From a bacterium (GTDB lineage: Bacteria > Zhuqueibacterota > Zhuqueibacteria > Oceanimicrobiales > Oceanimicrobiaceae), in NCBI GenBank assembly GCA_037446635.1, contig JBBIIG010000017.1, forward strand, positions 32,835-72,877: 40,043 bases of DNA, read 5' to 3'. Made by a program: the position numbers and the translations under genes. Of this stretch, positions 1 through 7,480 are shown piece by piece (positions within the stretch are counted from its first letter, which is position 1; every line of letters starts with the position of its first letter). The notes beneath the pieces were generated by a model that made no database searches, was not told where the DNA came from, and saw only the letters and a list, made by a program, of their open reading frames with translations.

Positions 1-56
1 CATTACTCCATTACTCCATTACTCCATTACTCCATTACTCCACTAGTTCACTACTC
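1..56. repeat. Octamer tandem repeat (CATTACTC)x5 plus 2 degenerate units, truncated by window edge
   Basis: Five perfect CATTACTC units at 1-40, then CACTAGTT and CACTACTC; lies just 3' of the CoA-transferase stop. Confidence 0.95.
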
Positions 57-60
57 CGCG

Positions 61-1353
61 TTACCAATATTTGCGCTCCTTGGCAAATTGCTCCAATTCT
101 CCTCGGAAATCCGGGTGCGCAATTTGAATAAGCGCCTCGGCGCGTTCGCGCAGGCTTTTGCCGTGCAGATAGGCGATGCCGTATTCGGTTACGATGTAGT
201 GAACATCGCCACGGCTGGTGACTACGCCCGCCCCTTCCTTCAAATGCGAAACGATGCGGGAAACCCGCCCGTTCTTGGCCGTGGCTGGCAATGCGATGAT
301 GGGCTTGCCGCGTTTGGCGCGCGCCGCCCCGCGGATGAAATCCACCTGGCCGCCGAAGCCGGAATAAATCGTGTAGCCGATGGAGTCCGAACACACTTGG
401 CCGGTGAGATCCACTTCCACGGCGGAGTTGATGGCGACGATGCCTTCGTTTTGCGCGACCACAAATGGATCGTTGGTGTAATCAACCTGATGCAGTTCAA
501 AAAGCGGGTTGTTGTGGATGTAATCGTATAGTCTGCGGCTGCCCAAAACAAATGTAGCGATCACTTTGCCCGGATGCAAGCTTTTGCGCGCGTTGGTGAC
601 GATGCCGGCCTCCACCGCTTCCATCACGCCGTCGGATACCATTTCGGTGTGAATGCCGAGGTCTTTGCGGTCGCGCAAAAGCGACAGCACCGCGTCCGGG
701 ATGCCGCCGATTCCCAATTGCAGAGTCGCGCCGTCTTCGATGAGCGTCATAATATTTTCGGCGATGCGGGTTTCGACCGTGCTGGCCGGCTTGGGGTTGA
801 GCGTGGGCAGCTCTTCGGAAACCTCGACAATTTTGGCAATGCGCGACACGTGCAGAAAGCAGTCGCCTAACGCGCGCGGCATTTTTTCATTCACCTGCGC
901 GATGACCATCTTCGCGGTTTCCGCGGCGGCTTTGGTGGCGGCGGTTTCCACGCCGAACGAGACGAAGCCATGATCGTCCGGCGGCGAGGTTTGAATCAGC
1001 GCGGCGTCGAGCTGCACTTGCTCGCGGAAGAGGCGGGGGATTTCGTAAAGAAAAATCGGAAAATAATCGGCGCGGCCGTCGTTCACGGCCTGACGGTCGG
1101 CGGGTCCCACAAACAGCGATTTGTGCCGGAAGTGGCCGTCCATTTCCGGGCGCGACAGCGGGTCGTCCCCCATCAATAAAAGATGATAGACTTCGACGGC
1201 TTTTAGTTCGTCTTTGCGTTTGGCGAGCGCATTCAAAAGTACGTATGGCGTGGCAGCGTTGCCGGAGCTGAAAATTTTGTCGCCACTTTTGATGATCGAA
1301 ACCGCCTCATCTGCTGAAACCCGTTTGCTTTTATAATCTTCCATCCATTTCAT
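61..1353 (-). CDS. Acetyl-CoA hydrolase/transferase family protein (4-hydroxybutyrate CoA-transferase-like)
   Basis: 430 aa; motifs TLQLGIGGIP, LGIHTEM (catalytic Glu), INSAVEVDLTGQV, SGFGGQVDF, VTEYGIA; AGGAG RBS upstream. Confidence 0.9.
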   Translation of the reverse strand: MKWMEDYKSKRVSADEAVSIIKSGDKIFSSGNAATPYVLLNALAKRKDELKAVEVYHLLLMGDDPLSRPEMDGHFRHKSLFVGPADRQAVNDGRADYFPIFLYEIPRLFREQVQLDAALIQTSPPDDHGFVSFGVETAATKAAAETAKMVIAQVNEKMPRALGDCFLHVSRIAKIVEVSEELPTLNPKPASTVETRIAENIMTLIEDGATLQLGIGGIPDAVLSLLRDRKDLGIHTEMVSDGVMEAVEAGIVTNARKSLHPGKVIATFVLGSRRLYDYIHNNPLFELHQVDYTNDPFVVAQNEGIVAINSAVEVDLTGQVCSDSIGYTIYSGFGGQVDFIRGAARAKRGKPIIALPATAKNGRVSRIVSHLKEGAGVVTSRGDVHYIVTEYGIAYLHGKSLRERAEALIQIAHPDFRGELEQFAKERKYW

Positions 1354-1371
1354 GATGGATACTCTCCTGTG

Positions 1372-2481
1372 CTATAATTCCAAATTTTTGTAAGGCAGGT
1401 CGAACAAATCGGATAAAGACTTCGATGCGCATTGACCTTGGTATAAATAGATGCCGGTTTGCAGGCAGGTAAATTTTTTGACCGCGTTTTCGATCCCCAA
1501 CCGCGCTACCTGCTGCACCCAGGGCACCACGGCGTTGTTAAGCGCATGGGAAGCGGTGCGCGCCACCGATGCCGGGATGTTGGGCACGCAGTAATGCGTC
1601 ACCCCGTGCAGAACGTAGGTTGGCGAGGAGAGCGTGGTGGGCCGGCTGGTCTCGACGCAGCCGCCCTGATCGATGGAAACGTCGATGATGACCGAGCCGG
1701 GTTTCATATTTTTGACCATTGCTTCGGTAACCAGATGCGGCGCCTTTTTGCCGCGAATGAGAACGGCGCCAATCAGCACATCGGCGAAGCGCACCGCGCG
1801 TTCCACTAACAGCGGCGTGACGATGGAGGTAGAGATCTGCTTCTGCATCATTTGATCGATCTTGCGCAGTTTCTCCACGTCGCGGTCCATGATCATCACC
1901 TGCGCCCCCAATTGTGTGAAGGCCCGCGCCGCGTTGACGCCCACGGCCCCGGCGCCTAAAATCACTACGTTGGCCGGTGGAATGCCCGCAACGCCGGCCA
2001 GCGTGATGCCGCGGCCGCCTTCGCGGCTTTCCAACAATTTGCCGGCGATCTGCGGCAGCACCACGCCGGCAATTTCACTCATGGCGGTGAGAATGGGGAG
2101 GGCACCATCGGGCTGTTCACTCAGCTCATACCCCAGAGCGGTGACGCCTTTTTTCATCAATAGGGAGAGGATCGCTTTGGTGGTGATCCCAAGATTCAAA
2201 AAAGAGAAAATAATCTTTTCCGAATCGAGATAGCGGCCCTCCTCTTCGGTGGGCGGCTGAATTTTGGTGATGAGCTGGCCGCGCTGAAACACCTCTTCGC
2301 CTGAAAACACAATTTGCGCGCCTACTTCGCGGAAATCCTGATCCGAGAAGCCGCTGGCCTCGCCGGCGCCTTTTTGCACGTAAACGTTGTGGCCCTTTTG
2401 GGTCAGGGCATAGACGCCCACCGGCGTGAGCGCCACCCGCCGTTCTTCGGCGGCTATTTCTTTGGGAATGCCGATATCCAT
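1372..2481 (-). CDS. ald: Alanine dehydrogenase-family protein (divergent active site)
   Basis: 369 aa; IGIPKE, ERRVALTP, MSEIAG, GAGAVG, DVSIDQGGC, HYCVPNIP; catalytic His position reads Asn (FSFLNLG). Confidence 0.8.
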   Translation of the reverse strand: MDIGIPKEIAAEERRVALTPVGVYALTQKGHNVYVQKGAGEASGFSDQDFREVGAQIVFSGEEVFQRGQLITKIQPPTEEEGRYLDSEKIIFSFLNLGITTKAILSLLMKKGVTALGYELSEQPDGALPILTAMSEIAGVVLPQIAGKLLESREGGRGITLAGVAGIPPANVVILGAGAVGVNAARAFTQLGAQVMIMDRDVEKLRKIDQMMQKQISTSIVTPLLVERAVRFADVLIGAVLIRGKKAPHLVTEAMVKNMKPGSVIIDVSIDQGGCVETSRPTTLSSPTYVLHGVTHYCVPNIPASVARTASHALNNAVVPWVQQVARLGIENAVKKFTCLQTGIYLYQGQCASKSLSDLFDLPYKNLEL

Positions 2482-2513
2482 GCCAATCTCTCCCTGTGAG
2501 TTTTGAACGCCTT

Positions 2514-2686
2514 GGAGTGCAAAACTTTAATTTTGCGGCCCTCCGAAGAGGGCGTTGCGTGGCTGTCATTCCCGCATGTTTTTAGCGGGAATCTCTGCAG
2601 CCTCCATTGAATGCCTGTTTAAAAGCATTCGGGCATGACCGAGACACTGGCTTTTTGGACAGCCCCAATGCTGAAGCATTGCACTC
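2514..2686. repeat. Composite REP/MITE-like element in the ald leader
   Basis: Outer facing hairpins GGAGTGCAAAAC..TTTTGC (2514-2536) and CAATGCTGAAGCATTGCACTC (2666-2686); inner GTCATTCCCGC..GCGGGAATC..GGCATGAC (2565-2639); TIR-like CTTTTTGGACAGCC (2651-2664). Confidence 0.75.
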
Positions 2687-2722
2687 GGTTTTTTGAAAGA
2701 CACTTTTTCGTCCCTTATTCAG

Positions 2723-2737
2723 GCAAGCAACATGCCA
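2723..2737 (-). promoter_or_regulatory. Sigma54 (-24/-12) promoter for ald and the CoA transferase
   Basis: Minus strand TGGCATG-TTGC-TTGC fits TGGCACG-N4-TTGC with exact spacing. Confidence 0.75.
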
Positions 2738-2765
2738 CCAGCGAGCTCATTTTGGAGTGTCTAAT

Positions 2766-2778
2766 AATCAAACACTTA
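2766..2778 (+). promoter_or_regulatory. IHF binding site
   Basis: AATCAA-ACAC-TTA is a perfect WATCAA-N4-TTR, between the sigma54 site and putative enhancer boxes. Confidence 0.65.
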
Positions 2779-2812
2779 GAGTGAAGCGGCTCACTCGATT
2801 CGCTGCCATTAA

Positions 2813-2860
2813 TCCCACTTTCGGGAAAACGAAATTGGGACGATTCTTAATTCTGAGAAT
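2813..2860. promoter_or_regulatory. Putative upstream activator (enhancer) boxes
   Basis: TCCCA-N4-CGGGA (2813-2826) and TCTTA-N4-TGAGA (2845-2858) dyads about 100-150 bp upstream of the predicted start site. Confidence 0.45.
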
Positions 2861-2869
2861 AAACCGACG

Positions 2870-3991
2870 TTATTGACTTTGAAAGCGCTGCGGCCGGAAG
2901 GCATCGAGCGGCGTGGAGGAGGCGCCGGTGAGAATTAATTCAGAGATGAGCTGCGCGGTAATCGGTGCCAGCAGGATGCCGTTGCGAAAATGGCCGGTGG
3001 CCGCGATGAAATTTGCAATGGCGGTCGCGCCAAGAATCGGCAGATTGTCCGGAGTGTCTGGCCGCAGCCCGGCCCAAACATCGCCCACGGTTGCGGAAGC
3101 CAACGCTGGCGCCACGTTGATGGCTGCCGCCAAGAGTTGCTGTACGCCCTCCGCGGTGACCCGTTTGTCGAAGCCAACATTTTCCAAAGTTGATCCGACC
3201 AGGATGCGGCCGTCCGGCCACGGCACCAGGTAGCAGCCGGTGGAATGGATGAGATGGTGCAGCGGCTGCGGCTTGATTTCCAAACACACCATCTGTCCGC
3301 GCACGGGCCGCAGCGGCAACGGGACGCGATTCTCGGTTTCAATCAACCCCGACCAGCAGCCCGCGGCGTTGACAATGATTTGGCATTCCAAAACGCCCGC
3401 CGGGGTGCGAACGCCGGCCGCGCGATCGCCCTTCAAAACCAATCCTAAAGCGTGAGTGTGATTCAGAAAGGTCACCCCCAGCGCGCTGCCCGCCGCCACC
3501 AGCGCCTTCATCAGCAGGCGATTATCCACGTGATGATCGTCGGGTAAAAAGATCGCCGCTTCGATATTCCTGGCCAACGCCAGCTCCATCTCATAAAGTT
3601 GTTGGTGGGACACCTCCTCGGCGCGTTTGCCAGCCGCGAGCTGGCGCTCCAGCAAACCGGCGAGCGCCTGCGCTTCTTTGAAATCCGCGGCCGTGTAAAT
3701 GCTGCCGGTGGTGCGGTAGCCAATTTTCACACCGCTGGCCTCTTCCAACTCCTTCACAAAATCCGGATAGAGCGCGTGGCTGGCGTAACACAACTCGTCC
3801 ATTGCGCCCCGCAAGCCGTGGGCGGCTTCGGACTGCGGCGCCAGCATTCCCGCCGCAGCCCACGAGGCCTCCAGCCCCGGCTCATTTTTTTCCACTACCG
3901 TAACCTTTGCGCCCTGCTGCGCCAACCGCCAGGCAATCGCACAGCCGATGACGCCGCCGCCGATGATGAGGATGTCGTTATTAGATTTCAT
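2870..3991 (-). CDS. thiO: Glycine oxidase ThiO (FAD-dependent, DAO family)
   Basis: IIGGGVIG, ASWAAAGMLAP, PVRGQ, WAGLRP, GHFRNGILLAP; alternative GTG start at 4000. Confidence 0.85.
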   Translation of the reverse strand: MKSNNDILIIGGGVIGCAIAWRLAQQGAKVTVVEKNEPGLEASWAAAGMLAPQSEAAHGLRGAMDELCYASHALYPDFVKELEEASGVKIGYRTTGSIYTAADFKEAQALAGLLERQLAAGKRAEEVSHQQLYEMELALARNIEAAIFLPDDHHVDNRLLMKALVAAGSALGVTFLNHTHALGLVLKGDRAAGVRTPAGVLECQIIVNAAGCWSGLIETENRVPLPLRPVRGQMVCLEIKPQPLHHLIHSTGCYLVPWPDGRILVGSTLENVGFDKRVTAEGVQQLLAAAINVAPALASATVGDVWAGLRPDTPDNLPILGATAIANFIAATGHFRNGILLAPITAQLISELILTGASSTPLDAFRPQRFQSQ

Positions 3992-4069
3992 TTCAACCAC
4001 TAAGTTTATTTATCTCTTCCTAAAAAAACAAGGGGATTTTGGGAGGATTTAAGATTTCCAAAAAAGTTC

Positions 4070-4098
4070 TTGACATTTAAGTTAAATTATTTTATTGT
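4070..4098 (+). promoter_or_regulatory. Sigma70-type promoter of the hydrolase/ligase/TBDR cluster
   Basis: TTGACA (4070-4075), 17 bp spacer, TATTGT (4093-4098). Confidence 0.65.
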
Positions 4099-4105
4099 TG
4101 GTTAA

Positions 4106-4139
4106 AATCGAATAAACGGAAAAATCAGTTTTTTCGATT
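4106..4139. promoter_or_regulatory. Inverted repeat, candidate repressor operator
   Basis: AATCGAATAAACGGA-AAAA-TCAGTTTTTTCGATT, 13/15 matching arms, directly after the -10 box. Confidence 0.55.
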
Positions 4140-4170
4140 AATCCTTTCTAACTTTAAATCAGCTTCGCTT

Positions 4171-5037
4171 ATGAACTTCCTTTTGATCGTATCTGTAGTG
4201 ATCTCATTGATGATAACGGTCGCAGTTCTGCCTCAAACACCCGTTAGCGGAAAAGTTAACGCCAATGGCGTTCAACTGTATTACGAAATCCACGGCCGCG
4301 GCCCGCATTTAATTTTGATCGAGGGTTTAGGCGTGGCCACCTGGCTGTGGGAGAAACAAGTCCCGGATTTTTCCAATCATTTTACGACGGTGGTGTACGA
4401 CAATCGCGGCGCCGGCGAGTCGGACAAGCCGCCGGGGCCCTACTCCATTTCGATGATGGCCGACGATCTCGCCGCATTGATGGATTCTCTGAAAATTGCG
4501 AAAGCCCACATTCTCGGCGCCTCCATGGGCGGCTTCATCGCCCAGGATTTTGCGCTGCGCTATCCGCACAAAGTGGACAAGCTGGTTCTGGTTTGCACCA
4601 GCGCCGGCGGCCCGGATCACGTGCCCATGTCGCAGGAGGCGCTGGCGATGTTCTTTTATAATGAAGGCTCGCCGCGCGACATCGTCCGCAAAAAACTCGC
4701 GCTTGCCTATTCCGAAAGCTTTATGCAAAATTCGGAGATGGTCGAGCATTTGATTGATTTGCGATTAAACAACCCGCAGCCGCCGCACGCTTACCTGGCG
4801 CAAATCGCCGCGGGCGCCGCGTTCAATCTCTCCGAGCAAGTGCAAAATATTTCGGCGCCCACGCTCATCCTGGCGGCTGAAAACGACTTGCTGGTGCCGG
4901 TCGCGAATGCTCATAATCTCGTTAAAAAAATTTCCAAGAGTCAGCTCAAAATTTACGAAGGGCTCGGCCATCAATTTTTCGTGGAGCGCCCGCAGCCCTT
5001 CAACCAAGACATCATCGATTTTCTTAAACCCGAATAA
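4171..5037 (+). CDS. Alpha/beta hydrolase (enol-lactonase/PhaZ-like) with N-terminal signal or anchor
   Basis: GASMGG nucleophile elbow, ENDLLVP Asp, GLGHQFF His, DNRGAGES; hydrophobic first ~20 aa. Confidence 0.85.
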   Translation: MNFLLIVSVVISLMITVAVLPQTPVSGKVNANGVQLYYEIHGRGPHLILIEGLGVATWLWEKQVPDFSNHFTTVVYDNRGAGESDKPPGPYSISMMADDLAALMDSLKIAKAHILGASMGGFIAQDFALRYPHKVDKLVLVCTSAGGPDHVPMSQEALAMFFYNEGSPRDIVRKKLALAYSESFMQNSEMVEHLIDLRLNNPQPPHAYLAQIAAGAAFNLSEQVQNISAPTLILAAENDLLVPVANAHNLVKKISKSQLKIYEGLGHQFFVERPQPFNQDIIDFLKPE

Positions 5038-5056
5038 AAAGGGAGAATGATCAAAA

Positions 5057-5596
5057 ATGGATGCCATTCGGCAGGCGATCATCAACGACTTTGGCCGCGG
5101 CTATTTGAAGTTTGGCCACAGCGAGCTTTTAGGGCGCGTAGTGGGACTGTTGATTTGCGCCTCCGAACCGTTGACAGAAGAGCAGATCAGCGAACAGCTC
5201 AATGTCAGCAAAAGTCCGGTCAATCAAATCACCACCCGGCTGGAGGAGCTGAATTTGGTGCGGCGGGTGCGCATCAAAGGCGACCGCAAATTTTATTATC
5301 AAATTTCGCCGGATGTTTTTTTGCAAGCGGCTATAAATTTGTCGCGGCTTTTCGAAGACAATTTGCAAGTCGCGGAAAGCCATTTGGAGCCGCTGCTGAA
5401 AAAGTATTCCAAGTCCAACGCCAAAGAAAAAGTGCGGCTGCGCCCCGTGGTGGAGCGCATCATTGCGATGCGCGAATTCCACTTGCGGGAAATCGCCGCT
5501 TACAAAAAACTTTTGGAGGAGTGGCAGACCGCCAAACTCAAACTGCCCACCATCGAGGAATATCTCTCGAAGTGGTTGATCAAGCGCGCGTCGTGA
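5057..5596 (+). CDS. GbsR/MarR-family transcriptional regulator
   Basis: 179 aa; GRVVGLLI..PLTEEQISEQLNVSKSPVN winged HTH, wing GDRKFYY. Confidence 0.85.
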   Translation: MDAIRQAIINDFGRGYLKFGHSELLGRVVGLLICASEPLTEEQISEQLNVSKSPVNQITTRLEELNLVRRVRIKGDRKFYYQISPDVFLQAAINLSRLFEDNLQVAESHLEPLLKKYSKSNAKEKVRLRPVVERIIAMREFHLREIAAYKKLLEEWQTAKLKLPTIEEYLSKWLIKRAS

Positions 5597-5615
5597 AATC
5601 GCGATGATCGTCCTC

Positions 5616-5777
5616 CTCGTTCCCACGTTCCCACGCTGGAGCGTGGGAACGAGAGTGAGGGAGTCGCGTGGGAACGAGAGTGAGGGAGTCGCGGGGGAAC
5701 GAGAGTCGACGCGCGTCTTGAAATTGATGATCGATGATCGATGGCTCCGTCTGCCTTCTGCCATTTGACATTTCACG
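5616..5777. repeat. CTCGTTCCCACGC-type REP hairpin, 25-nt tandem repeat and heptamer run
   Basis: Hairpin 5616-5653; GCGTGGGAACGAGAGTGAGGGAGTC x2.7 (5641-5707); TCGATGA-type and TCTGCCA-type heptamers (5724-5777). Confidence 0.85.
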
Positions 5778-5793
5778 TTACCGGAGATAACCC

Positions 5794-6537
5794 ATGAGAT
5801 TAAAAGATAAAGTCGCCATCATCACCGGCGCGGGCAGCGGCATTGGCCGCGCAACGGCGTTGACTTTCGCTCGTGAAGGCGCGAGCGTGGTGGCGGCCGA
5901 AATTAACGAGGATGCCGGCAAGAAAGTCGTGGCTGAGATTGAACAGCTTGGCGGCGCAGCGCGATTTGAACGGGTGAACGTGGCTGAAGTGGGCGACGTG
6001 ACTCGGATGGTGCAAAACACGGTGACGGCTTTTGGGAAAATCGATGTTTTGATCAACAACGCCGGCATCGTCGTCGATGCCCGGCTGGTGAACATGACCC
6101 TCGAGCAGTGGCAGCGGGTCATCGATGTCAACCTCAAAGGCGTATTTCTTTGCGGGCAGGCGGTCGCCCGCGTGATGGAAGCCCAGCCCAGCGGCGGTGT
6201 GATTTTGAACGCCTCTTCGGTGGTGGGACTCTACGGCAATTTTGGCCAGAGCAACTACGTCGCCACCAAAGCCGGGGTGATCGGCATGACCAAAACCTGG
6301 GCGCGAGAATTGGGAAAGAAAAACATTCGTGTGAACGCGGTGGCGCCGGGCTTCATTGCCACGGAAATTCTGAAAACCATTCCGGAAAAAATCATCAGCA
6401 TGATGGTAGAGAAAACGCCGCTGGGCCGCATGGGCAAACCGGAAGATATTGCCAATGCCTATCTGTTTCTGGCGTCGGATGAAGCGGCGTTCATCACCGG
6501 CGCGGTGCTGTCGGTGGATGGCGGCCTTGTGGTTTAA
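5794..6537 (+). CDS. fabG: SDR, 3-oxoacyl-CoA/ACP reductase (FabG/PhaB-like)
   Basis: TGAGSGIG, NNAGI, NASS, GNFGQSNYVATK (YxxxK), VNAVAPGFI, VDGG. Confidence 0.8.
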   Translation: MRLKDKVAIITGAGSGIGRATALTFAREGASVVAAEINEDAGKKVVAEIEQLGGAARFERVNVAEVGDVTRMVQNTVTAFGKIDVLINNAGIVVDARLVNMTLEQWQRVIDVNLKGVFLCGQAVARVMEAQPSGGVILNASSVVGLYGNFGQSNYVATKAGVIGMTKTWARELGKKNIRVNAVAPGFIATEILKTIPEKIISMMVEKTPLGRMGKPEDIANAYLFLASDEAAFITGAVLSVDGGLVV

Positions 6538-6549
6538 AGGAGTAATCGC

Positions 6550-6582
6550 AACTCTGACGGGGTTTTAAACCCTGTCAGAGTT
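6550..6582. repeat. 33-bp palindrome (16-bp arms)
   Basis: AACTCTGACGGGGTTT-T-AAACCCTGTCAGAGTT, one mismatch. Confidence 0.9.
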
Positions 6583-6592
6583 TTAAAAGACT

Positions 6593-7459
6593 ATGAACAA
6601 CCTGATCCCAGTAAACGGAATCCATCTTTACGTGGAACGGCTTGGCAAAGGCGAGCCGGTGCTGCTCATCCCCGGATTGGGTGCGGGCGCGTGGCTGTGG
6701 TTCAAAACCGCGCCGGCGCTGTCCAAACATTTTTCAGTGATTATGCCGGAGCTGCGCGGCGGCGGGCGGTCCGATAAACCCGACCACCGTTACTCCGTGC
6801 CGCTGTTCGCAAACGATTTGAGGGAATTGCTGGAAAATCAAAATATCAAAAATGCCCACGTCATCGGGGTTTCCCTGGGCGGATTCATTGCGCAATTTAT
6901 GGCAGCGACCTGGCCGGAATTAGTGGGGGCGCTGGTGCTGGTAGCCACGTCTCTCGGCGGCGACGGCCAGCTCGGTCCCGCCGGCGAAGTCCTCTGCCGC
7001 ACCATTCGTCCGCGCGGAAAAACCCGCCAGGAACGTCTCGAAGATTCCTATTCGCTCAACTTTTCGCAGGCTTACCGGACAAGTCATCCAGAAGAGCTGC
7101 AACGCATCACCGAGTGGCGCACGCAATTTCCGCAGCCGGAGTTCGCGTACTACCGACAGTTGCTCGCGGGTTACGCTTTTGATGGCACGCAATTGGTCAA
7201 AAGAATTTCCGCGCCGACGCTTATCGCCGCGGGAAAGGACGACCCATTCGTGCCGTTGGATGATACTCTGACACTTAAAAACAATCTCGGCCATTCGGAA
7301 TTCGAACTCTTCGACGGCCGGCACCTTTTCTTTTTCGAGCACAGCAAAAAGTTTAATCAGCTTGTCATTGAGTTTTTGCAGAAACATCCCATTTCGGGCA
7401 ACTCAGCGGGGATGGTTCAACAAGTGGAAAATCAGCCTGAGCGTCAAGCTGAAGCTTGA
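6593..7459 (+). CDS. Alpha/beta hydrolase (cytoplasmic paralogue)
   Basis: GVSLGG, GKDDPFVP, GRHLFF; no signal peptide; visibly homologous to 4171-5037. Confidence 0.85.
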   Translation: MNNLIPVNGIHLYVERLGKGEPVLLIPGLGAGAWLWFKTAPALSKHFSVIMPELRGGGRSDKPDHRYSVPLFANDLRELLENQNIKNAHVIGVSLGGFIAQFMAATWPELVGALVLVATSLGGDGQLGPAGEVLCRTIRPRGKTRQERLEDSYSLNFSQAYRTSHPEELQRITEWRTQFPQPEFAYYRQLLAGYAFDGTQLVKRISAPTLIAAGKDDPFVPLDDTLTLKNNLGHSEFELFDGRHLFFFEHSKKFNQLVIEFLQKHPISGNSAGMVQQVENQPERQAEA

Positions 7460-7480
7460 CACTCCTAACATTCAGAGGTG

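Noticed and set aside
5047..5607. 186-aa ORF overlapping the regulator in another frame
   Set aside because: Shadow frame; the 5057-5596 frame carries the HTH motifs.
5641..5707. 25-nt direct repeats resembling a mini CRISPR
   Set aside because: Units are head-to-tail with no unique spacers, derive from a REP arm, and no cas genes are present.
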